Shown here piece after piece: positions 46,405 to 54,391 of a DNA stretch of 64,000 bases; position 1 is the stretch's first letter; each line of letters begins with the position of its first letter. The notes beneath the pieces were generated by a model. It searched no databases. It saw nothing but the letters and a program-made list of their open reading frames with translations, and was not told where the DNA came from. The DNA is from Acidobacteriota bacterium (GTDB lineage: Bacteria; Acidobacteriota; Thermoanaerobaculia; UBA5066; Gp7-AA6), in NCBI GenBank assembly GCA_020199905.1, contig JAIVJS010000001.1, forward strand, positions 61,069 through 125,068, given 5' to 3'. The translations under genes were made by a program, and so were the position numbers.

Positions 46405-47705
46405 AGAGCGTTTACGAGATCCTGCGCGCCAAGCGCGACGGGAAGGAGCTTTCCCGGGAGGAGATCGCCTTTCTCGTCGCCGGGGTCGTCTCGGGAGAGG
46501 TACCGGACTACCAGGCCGCCGCGTTCCTCATGGCGGCCGTCATCCGAGGGCTCTCGACGCCGGAGATGGCTGCGCTCACCGAGGCCATGCGCGACTCCGG
46601 CGACTCGTGGGACCTCTCCGATCTCGCGCCCGTCGTCGACAAGCACTCGACCGGTGGAGTCGGGGACAAGGCGACGCTCGTTCTCGCCCCGCTCGTGGCC
46701 GCCGCGGGAGGACGCGTGGGGATGATGTCCGGACGCGGGCTCGGGCACACCGGCGGAACGCTCGACAAGCTCGCCGCGATCCCTGGATTTCGGACCGATC
46801 TCGACCTGCCGCGAGTCCGCCGGGCGCTCACCGAGGTCGGAGCGGCGCTCTTCGCGCAGACGGACACGGTCGCCCCCGCGGACCGCAAGCTCTACGCGCT
46901 GCGCGACGTCACGGGGACGGTCGAGTCGCTCGGCCTCATCGTTGCCTCGATCCTGTCGAAGAAGCTCGCATCCGGGACGACCGGCATCGTCTTCGACGTA
47001 AAAACCGGCAACGGGGCGTTTCTGAAGACCGTGCCCGAATCGCGGGCGCTCGGCCGGGCGCTCGTCGACACCTCGCGCGCCGCGGGGCGCGAGGCCAGCG
47101 GATGGATCACCGACATGTCGCGGCCTCTCGGACGCGCCGTCGGCAACGCGCTCGAGGCCGAGGAGTCGATCCTCGTCCTGCGCAACGAGGGTCCGCCGGC
47201 GGTCCGCGAGCTCTGCCTCGTGCTCGGCGCGGACATGCTGCGCTTCGCCGAGCCCGCGCTCTCCGAGCCGGACGCCCGCCGGCGGCTCGAAGAGGCGTTC
47301 ACGTCCGGGAAGGCCGCCGAGCGTTTCGCGAAGCTGGTCGAGTTCCAGGGGGGCGACCCCCGCGTCGTCGAAGACCCGTCGATCCTGCCTCAGCCGAAAT
47401 CCAGGATCCCCGCGGCCGCGCCCCGGTCGGGATTCGTCCGGTCGATCCAGACCGAGAAGATGGGATTCCTGTCGATCGACATCGGCTGCGGACGGCGCAA
47501 GCGGGAGGACGACATCGACTTCGCCGCGGGGTTCCTGGTCGAGAAGACGGTGGGGGACCGCGTCGAAAAAGGAGAGCCGCTCGCCATCCTCTGCCTCGGG
47601 GAGCGCCCCGCGCCGAGACCGTCCTTCGAGCGGGAGCTCGCGGACCTCTTCGAGATCGGCGACGAACCCGCCGCGCCGCCGGCTCTCGCCATAGAGAAGC
47701 TGTAG
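46401..47705 (+). CDS. Thymidine / pyrimidine-nucleoside phosphorylase
   Basis: GTG at 46401 overlapping the upstream stop (GTGA). Motifs (VDKHSTGGVGDK; GHTGGTLDKL). Confidence 0.85.
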   Translation: MKSVYEILRAKRDGKELSREEIAFLVAGVVSGEVPDYQAAAFLMAAVIRGLSTPEMAALTEAMRDSGDSWDLSDLAPVVDKHSTGGVGDKATLVLAPLVAAAGGRVGMMSGRGLGHTGGTLDKLAAIPGFRTDLDLPRVRRALTEVGAALFAQTDTVAPADRKLYALRDVTGTVESLGLIVASILSKKLASGTTGIVFDVKTGNGAFLKTVPESRALGRALVDTSRAAGREASGWITDMSRPLGRAVGNALEAEESILVLRNEGPPAVRELCLVLGADMLRFAEPALSEPDARRRLEEAFTSGKAAERFAKLVEFQGGDPRVVEDPSILPQPKSRIPAAAPRSGFVRSIQTEKMGFLSIDIGCGRRKREDDIDFAAGFLVEKTVGDRVEKGEPLAILCLGERPAPRPSFERELADLFEIGDEPAAPPALAIEKL

Positions 47706-47826
47706 GAGCATGCGCTGCAGCTGTCAGCTCTCAGCTCTCAGTTCAGAGCTCTCGAACCCGAGCTCTCCACTTTCCACTCGCAACCCTTGACTCTCAGCGC
47801 TTAACTCTCAACTCTCCACTTCCCCC
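47706..47826 (+). repeat. Phased array of 15 degenerate heptamers (CAGCTGT CAGCTCT CAGCTCT CAGTTCA GAGCTCT ... CAACTCT CCACTTC)
   Basis: Read directly: 12 nt + 15 x 7 nt + 4 nt fills the whole spacer between the pdp stop and the GDPD ATG. The array is C/T-rich and G-poor on the coding strand. Confidence 0.75.
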
Positions 47827-48852
47827 ATGACCATGCTCGGAAGGGCAAACCCGCTCGAACGGATTTTTCGCGGCGTGCGAGGGAAGCTCTGGCCGGGGCG
47901 CGGCGTGTCCGCTGCGGCGCCGCGCACCGTGCGGGTGATCGCCCACCGCGGCGCGGCTCGGGTGAGAGCGGAGAACACGATCGAGGCGTACGCGGCCGCG
48001 GTCGACCTCGGGGCCGACGGCGTCGAGGCGGACGTCTGCGTCACGCGCGATGGGCGGTTCGTGATCTGGCACGACGCCGACCCGGGCGAGAAGATCGCCC
48101 TCGCGCGGCAGTCGGGACGGGAGGGGCTGCTGTGCACTCCGGACGTTCCGACCCTCGTCTCGAAATGGCGCCGGCGCGTCAAAGACCTCGACTACGAAGA
48201 CTTCCGCACCCACTACGGATACCGCCTGCGGGAGGGGGGCATCGCGGACCTGATCGGCAACGACGACCCGCCGAAGATCCCCGCCGCCACATTCGATGAC
48301 CTGATCGCGTGGGCGGACCGGGAGCCGCGGCTCGCCACGATCTGCCTCGACATCAAGCTGGCGCCCGACCAGACTGATTCGGCCGCGCGGCTCTTCGACC
48401 TTCTGCGGGATCTCTTCGCCGAACGGCGGGACGCGGCCTTTCCGGCCGTCGCGCTCCTGACCCCGCAGCGCGAGATCTTCGAGGCGTTTCAAAGGGAGTC
48501 GGCACGGCATCCCCACGACGACCGGCTCACCGTTCACGCCGACTTCGAGCTCCCTGGCGTGCTGGCCGCAGCGCGGCGCCTGCGATTCCGCCGCGTGAGC
48601 ATGGGAGTCGGACAGCGGTTCTGGCCGGGCTTCCGCGACGAGGTGGCGGACGTCGTGCGGGCGCGGGAGCGCGGAGAGCTCGACGCCGTGATCGTCTGGA
48701 CGCTAAACGAGCCGGACCGGCTGGCCAGACTGGTCGCGTTCGGCGTGGACGGAATCCTCACCGACGAGCCGGCGGCGCTTCGAAAGATGATCTCCGAAGG
48801 CCGCTCCGAGTCGCTGCGCTCTCGCCATTCGGAGGCGCGGGCGCGCAGTTAG
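47827..48852 (+). CDS. Glycerophosphodiester phosphodiesterase family protein
   Basis: GDPD motifs (RVIAHRGAARVRAENTIEAYAAAVDLGADGVEADVCVTRDGRFVIWHD). Confidence 0.8.
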   Translation: MTMLGRANPLERIFRGVRGKLWPGRGVSAAAPRTVRVIAHRGAARVRAENTIEAYAAAVDLGADGVEADVCVTRDGRFVIWHDADPGEKIALARQSGREGLLCTPDVPTLVSKWRRRVKDLDYEDFRTHYGYRLREGGIADLIGNDDPPKIPAATFDDLIAWADREPRLATICLDIKLAPDQTDSAARLFDLLRDLFAERRDAAFPAVALLTPQREIFEAFQRESARHPHDDRLTVHADFELPGVLAAARRLRFRRVSMGVGQRFWPGFRDEVADVVRARERGELDAVIVWTLNEPDRLARLVAFGVDGILTDEPAALRKMISEGRSESLRSRHSEARARS

Positions 48853-48861
48853 AATCCCGCA

Positions 48862-50847
48862 GTGCTCTATCGATTCGATCACGTCCGCAAGGCCTACGGC
48901 TCGAAGGACGTGCTGCGCGACGTCACGTGGCAGCACAACCCGGGTCAGAAGGTCGGTCTCGTCGGCCGCAACGGCGCGGGAAAGACCACTCTTCTTCGAA
49001 TCGCCCTCGGACGCGAGGAGCCGGACTCGGGGCAGTTCGTGCGGGCTAATGCCCTCCGGGTCCAGACCGTCGACCAGGCCTTGAACGCCGACGCGCTCTC
49101 GGAGTCGCTGCACGACTACACTGCCGGCGCGTTCGCCGACCTCCACCGGATCGAATCGGAGATGCGCCGCCTCGAGCACGCGATGGCCGACGGCGACAAT
49201 TCGGCCCCCGTCCACGACCGCTACGACGCCCTGTCGCATCGATTCGAAAACGAGGGCGGCTACGAGATGGTCGCCGAGGTCGAAAAGGCGCTGTCCGGCC
49301 TCGGCTTCGACAAGGCGGACTTCGAGAGGCCGCTCGCCGAGCTCTCCGGGGGCCAGAAGAACCGGGCGATGCTGGCGCGGTCCATCCTGTCCAATCCCGA
49401 CGTCCTGCTGCTCGACGAGCCCACGAACCATCTCGACTTCAACGCCGTGGAGTTCCTGGAGGACTACCTCGCGCGCTCACGCCGCGCGTACCTCGTGGTG
49501 ACGCACGACCGAAGGTTCCTCGACCAGGTCGCCGAGGAGATCATCGATCTCGAGAACGGGCGGCTCTCCGATTACAGCGGCGGGTACAGCTCCTACCGGC
49601 GGCAGAAAGCCGAGCGGATTCTGACCGCGACGCGAGCGTTCGACAAGCAGCAGGAGTTCGTCGAGAAGGAGAAGGAGTACATCCGCCGCAACATCGCGGG
49701 GCAGAACTCCCGTCAGGCGAAGGGGAGGCGGACGAAGCTCGAGCGGGTCGACCTCCTCGAGAGACCGATGGACGACACGACGACGGTCGCGTTCCGTTTC
49801 GACGCGGCGCGGATCGGCGGGAGGAGCTTTCTCCGCACGAAGCACCTGAACGCCGGGTACGAGGCGGGTTTGCCGATCGTCGGGGACGTCAGCTTCGAGC
49901 TTCTTCGAGGCGAGCGGCTCGCGATTCTCGGCGAGAACGGCACCGGCAAGACGACTCTCCTGAAAACGCTCGCGGGACGTCTGCCCGCGCTTTCGGGCTC
50001 CGTAGCCACCGGCCACGACGTCACGATCGGGTACTACGATCAGGAGCTCAGGGACCTCGACCCGAAGGGCCGCGCGATCGACGCGGTGTGGAACCTCAAC
50101 CCGAACGCCACGGAGCAGGCGATGCGGTCCTACCTCGCGCGCTTCGCGTTCCGGGGAGACGAAGTCTTTGCGCAGATCTCGGGCCTGTCGGGCGGCGAGA
50201 AGGGGAGGCTGACCCTCGCCGTCGTGATGATGCAGAGGCACAACCTGCTCCTTCTGGACGAGCCCACGAACCATCTCGACCTCGATTCCCGGGAGGCGCT
50301 GGAAGAGTCGCTCGACGGGTTTCCCGGCTCGATCGTCTTCGTCTCGCACGACCGCGCGTTCATCGACCGGCTCGCGACCCGGGTCCTGGATCTGCGGGCC
50401 GGGCGCGCCGCCGCGATGGACGGCAACTACTCCGAGACGGCCGCCGCCCGCGCCGAGCGGCGGCGCCGTCCCGAGCCCGGGCGCGGCTCTGGCGTCCCCG
50501 CCCCGGCGTTCCCGTCCCCGCGCGGGGCCGCGGCCGCCGCTTCCTCCCGGACCGGGAGCGCCTCGCGTCCCGCGCCGGCCCCCGCCACACACCGGGAGGC
50601 GCCGGATCGGGATAACGGCAGGCGCCGCCGCCGCATCCGGACGCTCGAGGAGAAGATCGCGTCGCTCGAGGCGGCCGTCGATGAGCTGGAGAGCCGACTG
50701 TGGCAGGAGGCCCTGACGCTCGGTCCGGTCGCCTCCCGCGACCTCGCCGCTCAGAAGGCGGCGCGGCAGAAGGAGCTCGATGCGCTGGTCGAGGACTGGG
50801 CGAAGCTGTCGGAGGAAGAGGCGCAGGAGGCGGGCCGCCCGTCGTGA
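48862..50847 (+). CDS. ABC-F family ATPase (tandem ABC domains with C-terminal coiled-coil; Uup/EttA-like)
   Basis: GTG start. Two Walker A sites (GRNGAGKTT; GENGTGKTT), two LSGG signature motifs, and a C-terminal Ala/Arg-rich coiled-coil. Confidence 0.85.
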   Translation: MLYRFDHVRKAYGSKDVLRDVTWQHNPGQKVGLVGRNGAGKTTLLRIALGREEPDSGQFVRANALRVQTVDQALNADALSESLHDYTAGAFADLHRIESEMRRLEHAMADGDNSAPVHDRYDALSHRFENEGGYEMVAEVEKALSGLGFDKADFERPLAELSGGQKNRAMLARSILSNPDVLLLDEPTNHLDFNAVEFLEDYLARSRRAYLVVTHDRRFLDQVAEEIIDLENGRLSDYSGGYSSYRRQKAERILTATRAFDKQQEFVEKEKEYIRRNIAGQNSRQAKGRRTKLERVDLLERPMDDTTTVAFRFDAARIGGRSFLRTKHLNAGYEAGLPIVGDVSFELLRGERLAILGENGTGKTTLLKTLAGRLPALSGSVATGHDVTIGYYDQELRDLDPKGRAIDAVWNLNPNATEQAMRSYLARFAFRGDEVFAQISGLSGGEKGRLTLAVVMMQRHNLLLLDEPTNHLDLDSREALEESLDGFPGSIVFVSHDRAFIDRLATRVLDLRAGRAAAMDGNYSETAAARAERRRRPEPGRGSGVPAPAFPSPRGAAAAASSRTGSASRPAPAPATHREAPDRDNGRRRRRIRTLEEKIASLEAAVDELESRLWQEALTLGPVASRDLAAQKAARQKELDALVEDWAKLSEEEAQEAGRPS

Positions 50848-52115
50848 GCGACGTCCCCGAAACCCGCGCCGCCATCCTCGCGGTCGGCAGCGAGATGCTT
50901 GGCCCCCTCCGGCAGGACACGAACTCCCTCTGGCTGACGGCTCGCCTCGAGGAGATCGGTATCCGGGTCGTCCGCAAGTCGATCATCGGCGACGACCCGG
51001 CCGTCATCGTGCGGGAGCTCGAGACCGCCTCGAGCGAGGCCTCGCTGCTGATCTCGACCGGCGGGCTCGGTCCGACGGCGGACGACGTGACGGCGGCCGC
51101 GGTGGCTCGATGGCTCGGCGCCCCCCTCATCCGAAACGCGGAGTTCGTCGCGCGCATGCGGGCGAGGTTCGAGGCGCGCGGTGTCCGGATGGCGGCGGTG
51201 AACGAGAAGCAGGCCGACTTCATCGAAGGAGCGCGCGTCCTGGAGAATCCGCGCGGCACCGCGCCCGGTTTCTGGGCGAAGAAGGGAGAGTGCGAGATCG
51301 TCGTTCTCCCCGGCGTGCCTTCGGAGATGCGCGAGATCATGGAACAGAGCGTCCTGCCCGAGCTCGTCCGGCGTTCGGGCGGAGTCGTCTCTCGCCGCAG
51401 GATCCTGCGGATCGCCGGCATGGGAGAGTCCGCCGTGGAAGAGCTCGTCGAGCCTGTCTACGCCCGGTGGAAACAGCATCCGGTCACGATCCTCGCCTCT
51501 CCTGGAGAGGTTCAGCTGCACCTGTACGTACGCGGCGAGCCCGACTTCGCCGAGACGACGGTGCGGGCGATGGAGGAAGATTTCCGATCGGTCCTCAAGG
51601 AACGCATCTTCGGCGGCGACGGGGAGGACCTGCCCTCGGCCGTCGGGCGCCTCCTGCGCGACGCGGGCAAGACGCTGGCGCTCGCGGAGTCCTGCACCGG
51701 CGGCATGGCCGCCTCGCTCATCACCGACGTCCCTGGCTCGAGCGACTACTTCCTCGGCGGCGTCGTCTCCTACGGTAACGGCGCCAAGGAATCGCTTCTC
51801 GGAGTGGCGCCGGAGACGCTGTCCTCCCGAGGCGCGGTGTCGGAAGAAAGCGTCCTCGAGATGGCGCGGGGCGCGAGGGAGCGTTTCGACTCCGACGTCG
51901 CCGGCGCGATCACCGGCATCGCGGGCCCGGGCGGAGGCACGCCCGAGAAGCCCGTCGGCCTCGTGTGGTTCGGCATCGCTGATCGCGACGGCGCGGCGAC
52001 GGCGAAGCGCAGGTACTTCGTCGGAGACCGCACCCACGTCCGTCGGTCGGCCTCGGTTCACGCCCTGGAGCTGATCCGTCGGCACCTGGTCGGCTGGAAG
52101 TCGCCCGATGCCTGA
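50844..52115 (+). CDS. cinA: CinA-family protein (MoCF-biosynthesis-like N-domain + nicotinamide-nucleotide amidohydrolase PncC-like C-domain)
   Basis: GTG overlapping the upstream stop (GTGA). AAILAVGSEML...ISTGGLGPTADD; C-terminal LALAESCTGGMAA. Confidence 0.8.
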   Translation: MSDVPETRAAILAVGSEMLGPLRQDTNSLWLTARLEEIGIRVVRKSIIGDDPAVIVRELETASSEASLLISTGGLGPTADDVTAAAVARWLGAPLIRNAEFVARMRARFEARGVRMAAVNEKQADFIEGARVLENPRGTAPGFWAKKGECEIVVLPGVPSEMREIMEQSVLPELVRRSGGVVSRRRILRIAGMGESAVEELVEPVYARWKQHPVTILASPGEVQLHLYVRGEPDFAETTVRAMEEDFRSVLKERIFGGDGEDLPSAVGRLLRDAGKTLALAESCTGGMAASLITDVPGSSDYFLGGVVSYGNGAKESLLGVAPETLSSRGAVSEESVLEMARGARERFDSDVAGAITGIAGPGGGTPEKPVGLVWFGIADRDGAATAKRRYFVGDRTHVRRSASVHALELIRRHLVGWKSPDA

Positions 52116-52743
52116 GGCGCGTTCCGCGCAGCCGCGAGCCGCGGACGGGCCGGCGGTGCGGGCGTTCCTCGCGATTCCCCGGGACCCCGCGTGGGGAGAG
52201 AGCGCCGCGCGGCTCGTCGAAGCGCTCCGGCCGACATCTCCCGACGCCGCGTGGACGCGGCCGGAATCCTGGCACGTGACGATCAAGTTCCTGGGAGACG
52301 GCACTCCCGAGGCCCTCGAGGACTTTTCGCGCGCCCTTGCCCCCGCGGCTTCCGCCGTGCGCTCGGGCGCTCTCTTTCCCGGCGGCGCGACCGTATTTCC
52401 CTCCCGCGGGCCGGCGCGGGTGCTCGGCCTGGGGTTCGCGCGTTCCGCTTCGCTCGAGGACCTGGAGGGGCTGGCTTCCGCCGCCGAGAGGGAAGCGCGG
52501 CGCCTCGGCCTGAAGCAGGAGGATCGCCCCTTTCATCCGCACGTCACGCTGGCGCGCCTCCCATCCCGATGGCCGCGCGACGCCGTCGAGCGCTTCCGGC
52601 GCGTCGCCGGGGAGTGGAAGGTTCCCGCATTCCGCGCCGCCGCCTGCGTCTTGTTCGGGAGCCGCCTCGGGCCTCGCGGCGCGGTCCACATCCCGCTGGC
52701 GGAGTGGGCCTTTCGAGCGGACGGCGCCGGGGCGACCGCGTGA
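52108..52743 (+). CDS. thpR: RNA 2',3'-cyclic phosphodiesterase (2H phosphoesterase, LigT/ThpR)
   Basis: Two HxT/S motifs (HVTIKFLG and HPHVTLAR). The start overlaps the cinA stop. Confidence 0.75.
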   Translation: MPEARSAQPRAADGPAVRAFLAIPRDPAWGESAARLVEALRPTSPDAAWTRPESWHVTIKFLGDGTPEALEDFSRALAPAASAVRSGALFPGGATVFPSRGPARVLGLGFARSASLEDLEGLASAAEREARRLGLKQEDRPFHPHVTLARLPSRWPRDAVERFRRVAGEWKVPAFRAAACVLFGSRLGPRGAVHIPLAEWAFRADGAGATA

Positions 52744-53330
52744 GCGCGCGCTCTCTCGGGTTCGTCGCCCTGTCCTATCTTCTCGGCTCGATCTCCTTCG
52801 CGGTCCTGCTCGTCCGGTGGAAGACCGGCACCGACATCCGATCGGAGGGGTCGGGAAACGCGGGCGCGACGAACGTGCTCCGCGCGCACGGAAAGAAGCT
52901 CGGCCTTCTGGTCGCCCTCTTCGACGTGGCGAAGGGCGGGGCCGCCGTGCTCCTGATGCGGCTCGTTTCTTCCGACCCCCGCGCCGCCGCGGCCGCCGCG
53001 CTCGCGGCGATCCTGGGGCACGTCTTCCCGGTTTTCTACGACTTCCGGGGGGGCAAGGGCGTCGCGACCGCCGTGGGAGCGTTTCTCGCGCTGATCCCCA
53101 TCCCCACCCTGGTCTGTGTGGGGGGGTTCGTCGTCCTCGTCGCGCTCACGCGGTACGTGTCGCTGGGGTCGATCCTCGGGATGGCGATCCTTCCGGCGGT
53201 CGCGGGCCTCTTTCACGCTCCGCTGCCGGCCGTCGGGGCGGCCGCCCTGGCAGCGGTGCTCATCGTGTTCAAGCACCTCGAGAACCTGAAGCGTCTGGTG
53301 GCCGGAACGGAACGCAAGATCGGCCGCTGA
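52740..53330 (+). CDS. plsY: Glycerol-3-phosphate acyltransferase PlsY
   Basis: GTG overlapping the upstream stop. Motifs SGNAGATN and FKGGKGVAT-like (FRGGKGVATAVG). 196 aa, multi-TM. Confidence 0.85.
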   Translation: MSARSLGFVALSYLLGSISFAVLLVRWKTGTDIRSEGSGNAGATNVLRAHGKKLGLLVALFDVAKGGAAVLLMRLVSSDPRAAAAAALAAILGHVFPVFYDFRGGKGVATAVGAFLALIPIPTLVCVGGFVVLVALTRYVSLGSILGMAILPAVAGLFHAPLPAVGAAALAAVLIVFKHLENLKRLVAGTERKIGR

Positions 53331-54313
53331 TGCGCGTCACCGTTCTCGGCGCCGGATCCTGGGGCACCGCGCTCGCCCTGCACCTCGGCCGCGGGGGGCA
53401 CGACGTCGTTCTCTGGAGCCGGGACCCGGCGGTCGCGGAGCACATCCAGTCCACGCGCCGACATCTTCGCCGTTTCGCGAATTCCGCGCTCCCGGCGAGC
53501 GTTCGCGCGACGGCGAACCTCCCCGAGGCGCTCGACTACGCCGACACGGCGCTCGTGGCCGTGCCGTGCGCCTCCTTCCGGCCGCTCTTCGAATCGATGC
53601 CGAGGGAAATGGCGGCTCGCCGTTTCGTGTCTGTCGCCAAGGGGATCGAGCCCGACACGCTGTCCCGCATGACGTCGATCATTCTCGAGTACCGCCCCGG
53701 CGCCGACGTCGCCGCCCTCTCGGGCCCGACCTTTGCGGAGGGGGTCGCGAGGGGAGATCCGAGCGCCGCCGTCATCGCGGACGCCGGCGGAGGGCTCGCG
53801 CAGGAGCTCCAGGGGCAGTTCTCTGACGGCCGTCTCCGCCTCTACAGCTCGCGCGACCTCGTCGGCGTCGAGCTCGCGGGGGCGCTGAAGAACGTCGTGG
53901 CGATCGCGGCGGGCGTCGTCTCCGGACTCGGGTTCGGGCCGAACACCGTCGCGGCGCTCGTCACCCGGGGCCTGGCGGAGCTCGGCCGGATCGTGCGGGC
54001 ACGCGGCGGAGAGGCGCGCACCGTTGCGGGGCTCGCGGGCGTCGGCGACCTCATGCTGACGTGCACGGGCCGCGAGTCGCGCAACCGGCGGGTCGGCGAG
54101 GAAATCGGGCGGGGAGGGCGGCTGTCGGAGATCCTCCTCCGGATGCCCGAAGTCGCCGAAGGGGCCCGGACCTGTCTCGCCGTTCCCCGGATGGCGGCCG
54201 AGGCCGGAATGGAGTCGCCCATCGCGGACGCCGTGGTGCAGGTGCTCTACCAGGACGTACCGCCCGGGGAGGCCGTCGAAAGACTGATGACGAGAACGCT
54301 GAGAAGCGAATGA
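53330..54313 (+). CDS. gpsA: NAD(P)H-dependent glycerol-3-phosphate dehydrogenase
   Basis: MRVTVLGAGSWGTALA Rossmann motif. GpsA catalytic region (LKNVVAIAAGVVSGLGFGPN). TGATG overlap with plsY. Confidence 0.9.
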   Translation: MRVTVLGAGSWGTALALHLGRGGHDVVLWSRDPAVAEHIQSTRRHLRRFANSALPASVRATANLPEALDYADTALVAVPCASFRPLFESMPREMAARRFVSVAKGIEPDTLSRMTSIILEYRPGADVAALSGPTFAEGVARGDPSAAVIADAGGGLAQELQGQFSDGRLRLYSSRDLVGVELAGALKNVVAIAAGVVSGLGFGPNTVAALVTRGLAELGRIVRARGGEARTVAGLAGVGDLMLTCTGRESRNRRVGEEIGRGGRLSEILLRMPEVAEGARTCLAVPRMAAEAGMESPIADAVVQVLYQDVPPGEAVERLMTRTLRSE

Positions 54314-54314
54314 G

Positions 54315-54356
54315 TTGTCAGTTCTCAGTTCTCAGTTCTCAGTTCTCAGTTCTTGG
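54315..54356 (+). repeat. (GTTCTCA)n tandem heptamer array, 4 perfect + 2 degenerate copies, starting 2 nt after the gpsA stop
   Basis: Sequence gttgtca gttctca gttctca gttctca gttctca gttcttg, read directly. Confidence 0.85.
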
Positions 54357-54391
54357 TTTCCGGACGTGAGCGGACTGCCGACCCGAACTGA

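Noticed and set aside
47706-47826. CRISPR array
   Set aside because: Repeat units are 7 nt with no intervening unique spacers and no cas genes. This is a microsatellite-like heptamer array, not CRISPR.
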